Assembly (NCBI GenBank): GCA_951406725.2
Contig: OX597821.1
Location: forward strand, 70,742,001 to 70,806,000
From: Octopus vulgaris
Lineage: Eukaryota
Direction of reading: 5' to 3'
Length of the DNA: 64,000 nucleotides
Under the pieces are notes generated by a model. The model was not told the origin of the DNA, did not search any database, and saw only the letters and a program-made list of their open reading frames with translations. The translations under genes and the position numbers were made by a program. Shown here in pieces: positions 51,156 to 64,000 of the stretch (position 1 is its first letter; each line of letters opens with the position of its first letter).

Positions 51156-51551
51156 CTTTACTCTTTTATTTGTTTCAGTCAGTTGACTACGGTCATGCTG
51201 GAGCACCGCCTTTTAGTCGAGCAGCCTGACCCTGGGACTTATTCTTTGTAAGCCCAGTACTTATTCTATCGGTTCTTTTGCCGAACCGCTAAGTTACGGA
51301 GACATAAACACACTAGCATCGGTTGTCAAGCAATGCTAGGGGACAAACACAGACACACAAACATACACGCACACATATATACATATAAACATATATACGA
51401 CAGGCTTCTTTCAGTTTCCGCCTACCAAATCCACTCACAAGGCTTTGGTCGGCCCGAGGCTATAGTAGAAGACACTTGCCCAAAGTGCCACGCAGTGGGA
51501 CTGAACCCGGAACCATGTGGTTGGTAATCAGGCTACTTACCACACAGCCAC
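51156..51551 (-). mobile_element. Full-length SINE family B
   Basis: Reverse complement of 40579-40952 plus head gagtggctgtgtggtaagtag. Confidence 0.9.
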
Positions 51552-51670
51552 TCCATTATATTATACATTGCATAAAATTATATAAGTATATATGCATATA
51601 TATGTGTGTGTATGTATATATATTCATATTTATAATTAGATACATGCATATGTCTGTGTGTTTGTGTGTG

Positions 51671-51767
<97 letters not shown>

Positions 51768-52108
51768 GATTGAATTTCTGTAAAAATCACGTCAAGTAAA
51801 ATGGACAAACACTGGACAATAATGATTTATCTGACGCGTTATGAATGAATGGATAAAACGATAAAAACAGAATCGTACTTCGCCGTACAGATTTCTAGAT
51901 GTACATCTGTGTATGGACATATGTAATACATACACACACACATACACGTACAGACAGGATGAATCAAATCGTTTTCGTAGCATTTTTAATAAAATTCAGA
52001 TATGCATATATTTATATGCGTGTATGTGTGAGTAATAAATACATTAGCACGAGCACTCACACAAATGCATGCGCTCATATATGCATACACACACACGCAC
52101 ATGTACAA

Positions 52109-52281
52109 CTGATGCTGGTGTGTTTACGTCCCCGTAACTTAGCGGTTCGGCAAAAAAGACCGATAGAATAAGTACTAGGCTTCCAAAGAATAAGTTCTAG
52201 GGTCGATTTGCCCGACTAAAAAGGCGGTGCTCCAGCATGGCCGCAGTCAAATGACTGAAACAAGTAAAAGAGTAAAAGAGT
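52109..52281 (+). mobile_element. SINE family B 3' part
   Basis: gatgctggtgtgtttacgtccccgtaacttagcggttcggc...caagtaaaagagtaaaagag. Confidence 0.85.
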
Positions 52282-52333
52282 ATAACCTAATGGGTGTGAA
52301 CAGATGGATGAATGGAGGGACGGACAGACAGAC

Positions 52334-52386
<53 letters not shown>

Positions 52387-52462
52387 TATAGATAGATAGA
52401 TAGATAGATAGATCACATAGTTATTGTAATCGCTTGTGGACGAGACATTTTGAGATACTACA

Positions 52463-52533
<71 letters not shown>

Positions 52534-52920
52534 GCAGAATTTTTGATGATATGTAACCTAATTTTGGTAATAACCGTCTCATAACATTATTCGTCATTAC
52601 ATTACCAACCATAATATGTTTGAGTGCATATATGTGTGTGTGTGTGTGTATGTATATATATGTTTGTGTGTATATATATGTATGTGTGTGTGTGTGAATA
52701 TATATATGCATGTATATATGTATGTATGTATGCATGTATGTATGTATGTATGTAAGTATGTATGTATGTATAGTTATTCTACCTTCGAAGTATGTATGTA
52801 TGTATAGTTATTCTACCTTCGAAGACACACGCGCAAGGTGTCACGCAGTGGAATTGAACACGGAACGAACTGATTAGAAAGCAACCTTCTTAGCACACAG
52901 CCGCAGAGCCAATTAAACTA

Positions 52921-52967
52921 TTGCCCGACGAGGGCTAAACTGGCCGAAACTTCGAAATCACTGTCAA
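52921..52967 (+). ncRNA. Decayed hammerhead-like motif
   Basis: CCGACGA-G-GGCTA aac TGGCC-GAAAC...GTC; stem I poorly paired. Confidence 0.35.
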
Positions 52968-53112
52968 CTATATTCTTGTTTATGAATAATAAATTTGTAT
53001 TCTACAAATTTATTCTACAAATTTATTGGGTAAATACTGAGATTTAATGTAAAATTGGTTTTATTATAACTAAATTTAAAAACAAAGACACACACACACG
53101 CATGCATACGCA

Positions 53113-53165
<53 letters not shown>

Positions 53166-53975
53166 TATATTATTTAATAATATAACTGGCCGCACATAAT
53201 TGCGCCTGCTGTGCCAGGCACGGCAGAACAACCTGGCCTAGCATGTGACAACGGGGTCTCCCAATGCGAAATTAATATAAAATCCGACTCGATGCGACTC
53301 TTAGCATCAAGTCAATGGCGTCGATTATGCCACGCCCATCAACCTCTTCATCAACGTACAATAACAGAAGAGACAGGCCTGTCACAGCAATACCCGTCAC
53401 CTGCTGAGAGTACGTGTGTGTGTGTGTGTGCGGCTTATTATTGTTATTCGAGAAAAAGGAAGAAAGAGAAAGAGGGTAGGTAGGGAGAGTGAGAGAGAGG
53501 GAGGAATAAAGCGTTGAAGACAAACACTGCCAGCGGGATAGAAAGTGACAAAATGGGGCTGTGATTGTTGGCGGGGAGAGGGAGAGGGTAAGTGTGCGGT
53601 AAGGAGAGGGGAGGGAAGAGAGAGGATAAACGATTTCAGTAGAAGAGGACAAGGAGGAGGAAGGAGTAACGAGTGAGGATGAAGTAGATAAAGCAGGGAG
53701 AGGTGGGAGATGGAGGAAGTAAAAAACAAAATGAAGGAGAGAGGAAGAAAAGTGGTTAGAGAGGAAATCTTTTCCCAGCAGGGTCCAGGGCAGATCGCTT
53801 TATTTATTAAAAATATTTGGCAAACAACTCATGAAAATTAGTTGAGAAGAGGATGAAAAAGAAGAAGAAGAAGAAAAGGATGGAGTGAAATAAGCCGAAG
53901 TTAAACATAATGATTGTGCTATTGGGGAAATTAATTGTGTAATTATAATAATGAAAACAACTACAAGAACTGGAA

Positions 53976-54340
<365 letters not shown>

Positions 54341-55149
54341 TAACAATATTCCGTGTCATCGTGAGAAATTATCCTCTTCATGATCATCGTCACTATAAAT
54401 GCCTCTTCTTCATCGTCATCGTTATTGACTTGTCACAATCTGTAAACTATTCTGACGAACAAAAAAAGCCTCTTGGCCTTTAATTATCTCCCTTTATGTT
54501 TCCAGTTCAAATCTTATCCAACTGTGTCATCCTTCAGGAATCGATAAAATATGTGACAATCATTACTTTGCCCTGTGCCAAAATATTTCTAAATGGATCT
54601 CCATCGGTTTCGACGTTCGAGGTTTCAGTAAGACGTTAAATTAACGAAAGCGCTACTTGAATTATCGTATATCTGGATGCGTATTCCACACGCTTGCAGC
54701 CAAATTATAACTCTATAAGCAAGTTCTAAAGATATTCTGGAAACTATAAGATTATTTACAAGGGGCCAAGAAATACATGATGTCTTTCATTCTTGAGAAG
54801 GCCTCTCTTAAGACTGAGTCTTGGCAACGCAGTCCTTAAAGAGATTACCTTTGTAAACTATATTCTTAATTAAACATCTGTCATCTTTCATATCGTCAGA
54901 ATTGTTATTATATTTATTTTTATTGTGAGAAAAGAACAACTTACCAATCGCACAAACGTGGATGTTATATATATATCGATTATGCACAGCTTTTCGATAA
55001 GGTTGATTATGTGATGATATGTCGCAACCTACGAAGACTCGACAGAGTTCGAAAACTAAGAGAGTGGTTGCATGACTCCCTGAAAGATAGAAGCCCGGTT
55101 GTAGCAACCAATGGAACCCTCGGCAAGCAGAGATATGTAGCCACTCTTA

Positions 55150-56010
55150 TTAGCTAGACTGATGACACAAAAATAGCACAAGCAGTCAAGGATCTTCCCG
55201 ATGCTAATCTTTTACATAATGACCTGGATGTAATACATAAATAGGCTGAAGAAAGCAGCATATACAATTGAATGCAGGAGAACATTTCCAAGCCCTCCGC
55301 TATCAGCCAGCTTGCATTAACACGTCGCAACAAAGTTACTTTGGAGCAAAAGGAGCGGCAATCATAGAGTGACACACAATGCTTGTGCTGGGGACTGATA
55401 TGAGCAACGATCTCTCGTTTCATGTACATATCACCATGAGGGTGGCAATGTGCAGGCAAATGGCTGGAAATCTTTAAGAATAAAGGACCAAAAAATTATA
55501 ATGGCCCTATGGAGGAGTTTAGTCCTCAGAAATCTCGAGTGCTGCTTTGAATTATGGTCACTCTACAAAATTAATTTAACATCGGAACTGGAGGCACCCC
55601 AGCGGAACGACACCAAGAAATTTGCATCAATGGAACACTTTGGCTGCTGAAAGAGAATTACTACTCTATTGCTTGGAGCGAAGGCGGGAGAAATATGGGG
55701 TGAGATACATATAGAAGACCCTACAGGAGCTGGCACCTAACTTTAGCATCGAGTTATACCAACCCCCGAATAGCACGCCACTGCACTGTTCCAAAGACCC
55801 CACCCGTCCAGTCAAGAGTGAGGATCAAATACTGCAACGGATAAGGAGTTCAAAGGCTCACAGCTATTTAATATCTTGCCAAAAGTACCTGAAAGATTTA
55901 TATGGAGTCGGGGAAGGTGCTTTCCAGAAGTAACATGAACTCTTGCTGTCCAACAGCCTAAATGAATTACCCAGAAGAGGGCAGCAATATCAACTCCCTC
56001 CTTCACCAAA
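55150..56010 (+). pseudogene. CR1-like LINE 3' fragment (same family as 47880-48450)
   Basis: DDTKIAQAV, LWRSLVLRNLECCFELWS, YCLERRREKY, gccactgcactgttccaaag, GSQLFNILPK. Confidence 0.75.
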
Positions 56011-56517
56011 ACCCATCCACATATCGATGACGATTGAAAAGGTGATGGTACGGTCAGTGTCCCAGTATGGTCACAGCGTTTGGGATGAAACATGTAATGG
56101 AATAATAGAGAGAAAGAATACATATGAGTGTGTATGAATGAATGCATGTATGTATGTATGTATGTATGTATGTATGTATGTATGTATGTATGTATGTATG
56201 TACGTATGTATGTATGTATGTAAGTAGGTAGGTAGGTAGGTAGGTAGGTAGGTAGGTAGGTAGGTAGGTAGGTAGGTAGGTAGGTAGGTAGGTAGGTAGG
56301 TAGGGTAGGTAGGGTAGGTAGGTAGGTGGGTAGGTAGGTAGGTAGAGAGGTAGGTATGCATTCAAAATACTTATCAGTCAAATATATTGAGAATAGAATG
56401 AATGATATAAATAAATATTACATCTTCCGATTTCGTTCCATAGTTGAAACAAAAATGTGTAAACCGTAGGAGAAAGTTGCACGTGTTCAAGTGTATACAT
56501 ATATATATATATATATA

Positions 56518-56556
<39 letters not shown>

Positions 56557-56707
56557 CATACATACATACATACATACATACATACATACATACATACATA
56601 ATACACACACACAAACACTCACAGACACAATAAATGTTACATGTCATAGAATATATTTTCCATTTCGTTCCATAGTTTATCAACCAATTGTCTCAAAAAT
56701 ATCATTG

Positions 56708-56755
<48 letters not shown>

Positions 56756-56806
56756 TAGGTGTAGATTTAGGTTTCCTCTTGCGTGTGGTCAAGATCATTT
56801 GAGCGT

Positions 56807-56864
<58 letters not shown>

Positions 56865-57530
56865 GTTGTGCGCGTTAACATGGCCAATGTCAGTGGATGA
56901 AATTAAGGAATAAAATTTGAAAGAAAATTTATGCATAAGTAAATAATATTTATGAATATATATACACACACGTACACACACATATCTGTGTGTTCATCAC
57001 TATGCGTGTGTGTGAGTGTGTTTGTTCATATGCATATACATAGATATATGTAATTATATACATACGCACACATATATAATACACACACACACATATATAT
57101 ATATATATATGTATGTATATACATGCACACACGCATGCATATAGACACATACAAGCATGTATACGGGTACCTGTACCGCTCTATAGTTTTCTCTATGGCT
57201 ATGAATTGGCATCGATTGTTTTGTGTGTCTTTTCTCTATCAGTTTTCGGCTGAAACAGTTGCATGCGGAGGATAAACTGTAATTATAGAATTTATTTTCT
57301 TAATTTATCAAAATATATCTAGCGAATTATTAAGGAAGGGGGGGAAATAGTGACCGGTCTTGCTTAGCTAAATATGTGAACTCATGAGGGACGACCCAAA
57401 CCAATAAAGTATTGCTATGAAATACACACACACACACACACACATACACACACGTACAAGTTTATATCTATTGTGTGTGTACGTGTTTTGTTGTGTATGT
57501 GTGTGGACATGTGTGACTGTAGATAGATAT

Positions 57531-57635
<105 letters not shown>

Positions 57636-57636
57636 C

Positions 57637-57672
<36 letters not shown>

Positions 57673-57770
57673 TTTGTATATACAGTTCGATATTTAAATT
57701 TATCATTTTCTCTATGTATCTGCGGGCAGATAGATAGGAACTTAGACAGATCAACAAAGGATATATACAA

Positions 57771-57824
<54 letters not shown>

Positions 57825-57855
57825 AATACATATATATACATATATATGTATGTAC

Positions 57856-57894
<39 letters not shown>

Positions 57895-57896
<2 letters not shown>

Positions 57897-58100
57897 ATCC
57901 AAACGGGAAACAAAAAAACAACAACAAGGGAACAATTACAGTATTATTATTAATAGGCGCTCAGGAAATGGAAGCAGGGAGGTATGACGTTTCGAGCGGA
58001 GCTCTTCGTCGGAAACATAAAGAAGGAAGAGAGAGGAAAGAAAGATCCCGGAGCGGGCAACGGAGATAGAGAAAAAACGGCTGGTGTTAGGAGTAGCACA
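57895..58100 (-). mobile_element. HHR family H1 element
   Basis: 57982-58016 minus: GTTT-CCGACGA-A-GAGC tcc GCTC-GAAACGT-C-ATAC (GUC triplet); 3' end at (TA)n. Confidence 0.8.
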
Positions 58101-58699
58101 TGGTGAAAGGCGGATGTTTACGATAACAAGAGCAAAGTGGGTTTTTAAAGGCAAAAGAGTGGAGACAAGGTTGGTAACGCAACAGATGTGTGTGTATGTG
58201 TGAGTGTGTGCGTGTGCGTGTGTGTATGTGTGTGTGTGAGGCGAGGTAAAAAAACAAAAAATATATGTATGTGTTAGTGTGTGCGTCTGTGTGTAGGCGT
58301 GTGAGGTAGGGCGAGACGGTGGTCAGCATAGCAGACAAAGGTCAGTAGTGAGAAAAGGGAGGAAGGAGGAAGGGAGGGAGGGGAAGGGGTGGGGGCGTAT
58401 GTAGCGTGCCAGCGTGTGTTGAGTAGTAGTGTGTGTGTGTGTCCAGTGTCGTGGTAGTATTAGTGGCGAGTAGATTGAATGTGTGTAAGGGTGATGTATA
58501 TGTTTAAGCAATGTGTGTATATGTGTGCGCGTGTGTGTAAGAAAAAAGGGGGGGGGGTTAGGAAAAGGACTCCAGCGGAGGGAAGATGGAAGAGTGGTCC
58601 CGCGGAGACGGGCGTGGGAAACCCAACGACAAGCGGCATCCCAGGAACGGGCGGGAGGTCTCGTCGGGTCCAAGGGCGAGGTGCATGCGGGGCGCATGC

Positions 58700-60083
58700 G
58701 TGCGCGAACCGGCGCAAACGCGTGTGTGCGCGAGCCTGCGAGTGTGCGCGTACGTATGTGTGCGTGTGGATGTGTGAGTGTGTCTGTGTGTATGTCTGGG
58801 TGGCAGTGTGTCCGATGAATGTATGTGAGTATGTGTGTATATATGTGTGTGCATAGATGTATGTCCGTGTGTGTGTGTGTGTGTGTATGTGTGTATGAGT
58901 GTGTATGTATGTACGTGTGGGTGTGGGGAAGTGTGTGTATGTGCATGTGTGTGCGCGAACATACAGGTGTGTGAGTGAGTGCGTGTGTGTGTATGTATGT
59001 GTGAGTGTGTATGTACGTGTGTGTAGGATGCATGTATGTGTATGGGTGTATGTATGCGTGTGTGTATGTATGTATGTGTACGTGCGTGTGTGTGTGTGTA
59101 TGCGTGTAGGTGTGGCGTGTGCATGCGTGCATGTATGTGCGTATGTGTGTGTGTGTGCATGTGTGTGGGTATATATGTGTCTGCGTATATGTGTGTGTAT
59201 GTGCGTACATGTGTGTGTGTGTGCATGTGTGTGTGTAGGTGTGTAGGCGTGTGTGTATAGGTGTATGTATGTAAGTATGTATGGGTGTGTCCGTGTATGT
59301 GTGTATGTATGTGTGTGTATGTAGCTGTGTGGGCGTGTGTATATGTGTGTGTATGTAGGTGTGTAGGCGTGTGTATATAGGTGTATGTATGTATGTCTGG
59401 TGTGTCCGTGCATGTTTGTGTGTGTGTGTGTATGCATGTGTATGTAGGTGTGTGTGTACGTGTATGTATGTGTGTATGCGTGTGTATGCGTGCGTGTGTG
59501 TATGTAGGTGTGTGTGTATGTGTGGGAGTGTAGGTGTGTGTGTGCGTGTGCGTGTTTATGTTGGTGTGTGCGTATGTGAGTGTGAGTGTATGAGTGTTTG
59601 TCATGCATGTGTGTGCGCGTGCAGGTGAGTGTGTGTGTAAGTATGTGTGTGTGTATGTTTGTGTGAGTGTGTATGTGTGTATGTCTGTGTGTATGTATGT
59701 GCGTATAGGAGTATGTAGGTATGTGTGTGTGTATGTATATGGGTGTATGTATGTATGTGTGTGTGTGCATGTATAAGTATATGCGTGTGTGCGTATGTGT
59801 GTGTATGTGTATGTGTGTGTGTTTATGTATGTGTGTATGTATGTGTGTAGGCGTGAGTGTGTAGATGTATGTATGTATGGGTGTGTGTCAGTGTGTGTTT
59901 GTGTGTGTGTAGGTAGATGTGTGTGTCTGAGTGAGGGTATGGCTGTGTAGGTGTGTGTGTGTATGAATGTAAGTGTGTGTGTATACAAGTGTAATGTATG
60001 TATGTGGGTGTGTGTGTGTGTGTGTGTGTACGTGTGCGTGTGTATGTGTGTGTGTGTATGGTGTGAGTGTGGGTGTATGGGTG

Positions 60084-60087
<4 letters not shown>
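58700..60087. repeat. ~1.4-kb degenerate (TG/TA)-rich low-complexity tract
   Basis: Directly visible; source of the long His/Thr ORFs. Confidence 0.9.
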
Positions 60088-60149
<62 letters not shown>

Positions 60150-60153
60150 TATA

Positions 60154-60201
<48 letters not shown>

Positions 60202-60466
60202 ACCGAGTTACAGTTTATATATTTTTAGACTTTAATAAAATAGTGTATGCATGAATGTATGATGTGTGTATATATGTATGCATATCTATGTTTGTGTGCA
60301 TGCGTGTGTATACACCTACATATGCATAAATACTTTATAAAACCTAGTACTTATTCGATTGATTTTTTTTCCCGAACCGCTAATATGAGGGAACGTAAAC
60401 ACACCAACAGAGGTTGTCAAGTAGTCAAAGAGGCAAATGGAGGCACACGCATAGATCAATACGTGC

Positions 60467-60587
<121 letters not shown>

Positions 60588-60975
60588 CGTGTGTGTGTAT
60601 TATTGGTGTGTTACGTGTATACATTAATGAATCGTTGTGAGGTTTCCAAAGTGAGACAAGAGTACAGGTATGCACCACCAGCACACAGCTGTCTGCGTGC
60701 ATGAGTGTATTTGTGAATGCGCAGACAGGTAGGGGTGGATATAATTGAATAAGCGATTAAACCACGTAAACGTGATAGGTATCTCCTTTCATTTGGTGCA
60801 TTTATTCAATTTTAAGTGATTAAAGATACGGAAATAATTAACGTCATCTCTCTAGTGTAGAAATTTCCTGATGCTATACACACAAACATACATTCACGCA
60901 CCCATTATACATACATACATACATTCATACATACATACATACATACATACATACATACATACATACATACATACA

Positions 60976-61008
<33 letters not shown>

Positions 61009-61171
61009 GTATCTATGTATTCATGTATGTATGTATGTATGTGCAAACAAATACACATGTGCGTAGAAGTATATATTGAACTCACAAAGGGCAGACACAG
61101 TCACACAAAAGATAGGAAAATGTGCAGAAAAATAAGTGTATATGGCATGTCTTCTTTGCATACCTACACAC

Positions 61172-61274
<103 letters not shown>

Positions 61275-61387
61275 TGTGTGTATGGGTATATATGTATATG
61301 TATATATATATATATGTATATGTATATGTATATCTATACCTATATGTATATGTATATATATATATATGCATATACATATACATATAC

Positions 61388-61434
<47 letters not shown>

Positions 61435-61607
61435 GGTCACAAAAAACAGTTTTAGATTACTTTAACTCTTATTTTTAGCAAAATCGATGCTAGTCAATAC
61501 CAACGGTCACTTTTGAGACCTCTGTTAATTTTGCCTTTAGTGTTCTAAGTGCTAATAAGACAGCCCTTTAAATTTGTTATATATATATACATATATACAT
61601 ACATACA

Positions 61608-61686
<79 letters not shown>

Positions 61687-62004
61687 GCATATATATATAT
61701 ATATGTGTGTTTGTGTGTGTATCGTTTAAAATATAAGAACCAAAACGCTATAAGGGGGCAGGGTTATACGGATTCCGTCTAAGCCGACGCAATCAAAGGA
61801 TGGGAATCGAGTTAGTGGGATCGAACGACGGATGGATTGTCGTTGTTGCCAGTGTAATCGTAACCATTTACTCATGCCATGCCCACACGAACACACACAC
61901 ACACACACACACACATACACACACACACACACACACACATGCACACACATACACACATAAATATATATATGCATACACGCACACATACGTGCATACGTAC
62001 AAAT

Positions 62005-62190
62005 TTTATTCTTTTATTCTTTCCCTTCTTTTAGTCATTAGACTGTGGCCATGCTGGAGCAGCGCTTGAAGAATTTTTACTCGAATGAATCAACACCAAA
62101 ACTTATTTTATTGGAGTCTTTTGCCGAACCACTATGTCAAGGGGGTGTAAACACACCAACACCGGTTGTAGAGCGTTGGTGGGGGAAAAC
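62005..62190 (-). mobile_element. Diverged SINE family B 3' part
   Basis: agtcattagactgtggccatgctggagca, ttttgccgaaccacta, gtaaacacaccaacaccggttg; similar fragments at ~5020-5115 and ~60340-60430. Confidence 0.75.
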
Positions 62191-62205
62191 ACACACACAT
62201 ACATG

Positions 62206-62248
<43 letters not shown>

Positions 62249-62342
62249 ATATATATGTATATATGTATATGAATGTATATATGCATATATATATATAATA
62301 TTTATTTATGTGTATATATGCATGTGTATGTGAGATATTATA

Positions 62343-62415
<73 letters not shown>

Positions 62416-62975
62416 GAAAGAGAGAGAGAGAGAAGGGGAGAGGGAGTGAAAGAGTGTGGCTGTATGAGAATGAAGGCATATGTGTAGCGGCTGAGTATTT
62501 TAATGTGGGAAGTTCAAATCCGAGACGGCTGGGTTATAGTGTCTCCGTGACATAACGCTTCATTGAAAATGAATGGCAACCGAGGACTCCTGAAGGTCTC
62601 AGTCATTCTAGTGGTCACTTCCTTGGGTCAAACATGCTGAGGCATAACAGGTCTTTCTTTCTCTTCTCGTCAGTACACAGGCACGCAAAATAGTAAACGA
62701 AAGCACGGTAGAGGTTACTAAGATATACAAGTTCAGGGGCTGTATGGCTGTTGCATAAATAGATAGACTGGATAGATAGATAGATAAGTTTCTTTATTGG
62801 CCACACAGGGCTGCACACAGATGGGACAAGTTACAAGGTAGAGCTTTTCTTTTGGGGGAGAGAAAAAAAAAGGTGGCGTAGGTTTTCGATCAAAAGTGAT
62901 CGTAAAAGGGAAAAAAGAAAAAAAAAAGAAAAAAGAAAAAAGGAAAGGAAAAAAAAAGAGAAAAAAAAAGAAAAA

Positions 62976-63019
<44 letters not shown>

Positions 63020-63335
63020 ATAGATGATATAATTATGCATATATCCCTGTACAAGCATGCACATATATATATTTATATAAACATAAATATACCTACACAC
63101 ATATATATATATTTAATATATATGTGCGCGTGTGTGTGTGTAGACAAAACTTTCTGACGCTCTCTCTTTCTTTCTCTATCCCTCACTCTATCTCTCTCTC
63201 TATCCCTCCCTCTCTCTCTCTCTTTCTCCCTCTCTCCCTTTCTCTCTCTCCGTTTATATATGTATGTATAAGAGAGATTAGTTTATTAGTTGTGCAAATC
63301 ATTAATATATACCCGACTAATACATACACACAAAG

Positions 63336-63444
<109 letters not shown>

Positions 63445-63472
63445 CATATATATATATGTATATATATGTATA

Positions 63473-63511
<39 letters not shown>

Positions 63512-63518
63512 ATATGTG

Positions 63519-63569
<51 letters not shown>

Positions 63570-63833
63570 ATATACATATATGGACGGCTCGTAGTAAATA
63601 GTAAAGTGTATTTTTTGTACATATATATTCGTATGTATAAATAAGTATATTACTTGAATAATAAATACACATATCTATATAAATATATATATTTGTAGCT
63701 ATATACATATGTATGTATTTATGTGTGTGTGTATGTGCGTGTGTTTATACATATATATACTTACAAACACGTGTGGTTTGTATGTAGACAGGCATGTATA
63801 ATGTATATACATAAATATGTTTTATATATATAA

Positions 63834-64000
63834 GCGCAGAGGTGGCTGTGTGGTAAGTAGCTTGCTAACCAACCACACGGTTGCGGGTTCAGTCCCACTG
63901 CGTGGCATCTTGGGCAAGTGTCTTCTGTTATAGCCCCGGGCCGACCAATGCCTTGTGAGTGGATTTGGTAGACGGAAACTGAAAGAAGCCTGTCGTATAT
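63834..64000 (+). mobile_element. SINE family B 5' part (runs off the window)
   Basis: GTGGCTGTGTGGTAAG A-box, GGTTCAGTCCC B-box, gcgtggcatcttgggcaagtgtc. Confidence 0.9.

Noticed and set aside
58323-60198. Long His/Thr/Tyr-rich ORFs (295-546 aa)
   Set aside because: Translations of degenerate (CA/TA) repeats that lack stops on that strand; open in several frames with no domain motifs

Overview
AT-rich, microsatellite-saturated eukaryotic (animal) non-coding DNA. The SINE families and simple-repeat load suggest a coleoid cephalopod such as Octopus; this is an inference. No host gene exon could be supported, and nearly all short ORFs are translations of simple repeats. The window is a transposon graveyard containing: a young R4/Dong-type non-LTR element in (TAA)n with an intact 836-aa RT-REL ORF; a young Penelope-like element (PLE; RT + C-terminal GIY-YIG) between ~970-bp inverted repeats; two decayed PLEs; two mariners; two other Tc1/mariner relics; a Helitron-like composite; RTE and CR1-like LINE fragments; and many tRNA-derived SINEs. 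The most striking signal is about 20 minimal type-I hammerhead-ribozyme (HHR) motifs in several families, showing all three compensatory core pairs (C3:G8, U3:A8, G3:C8). Several sit in a recurring architecture of (TA)n - antisense arm - spacer - sense arm - 55-75 nt tail - (TA)n, seen both in the coding PLE and in tiny non-coding fold-back elements. All motifs were read by eye and none has been tested for activity.
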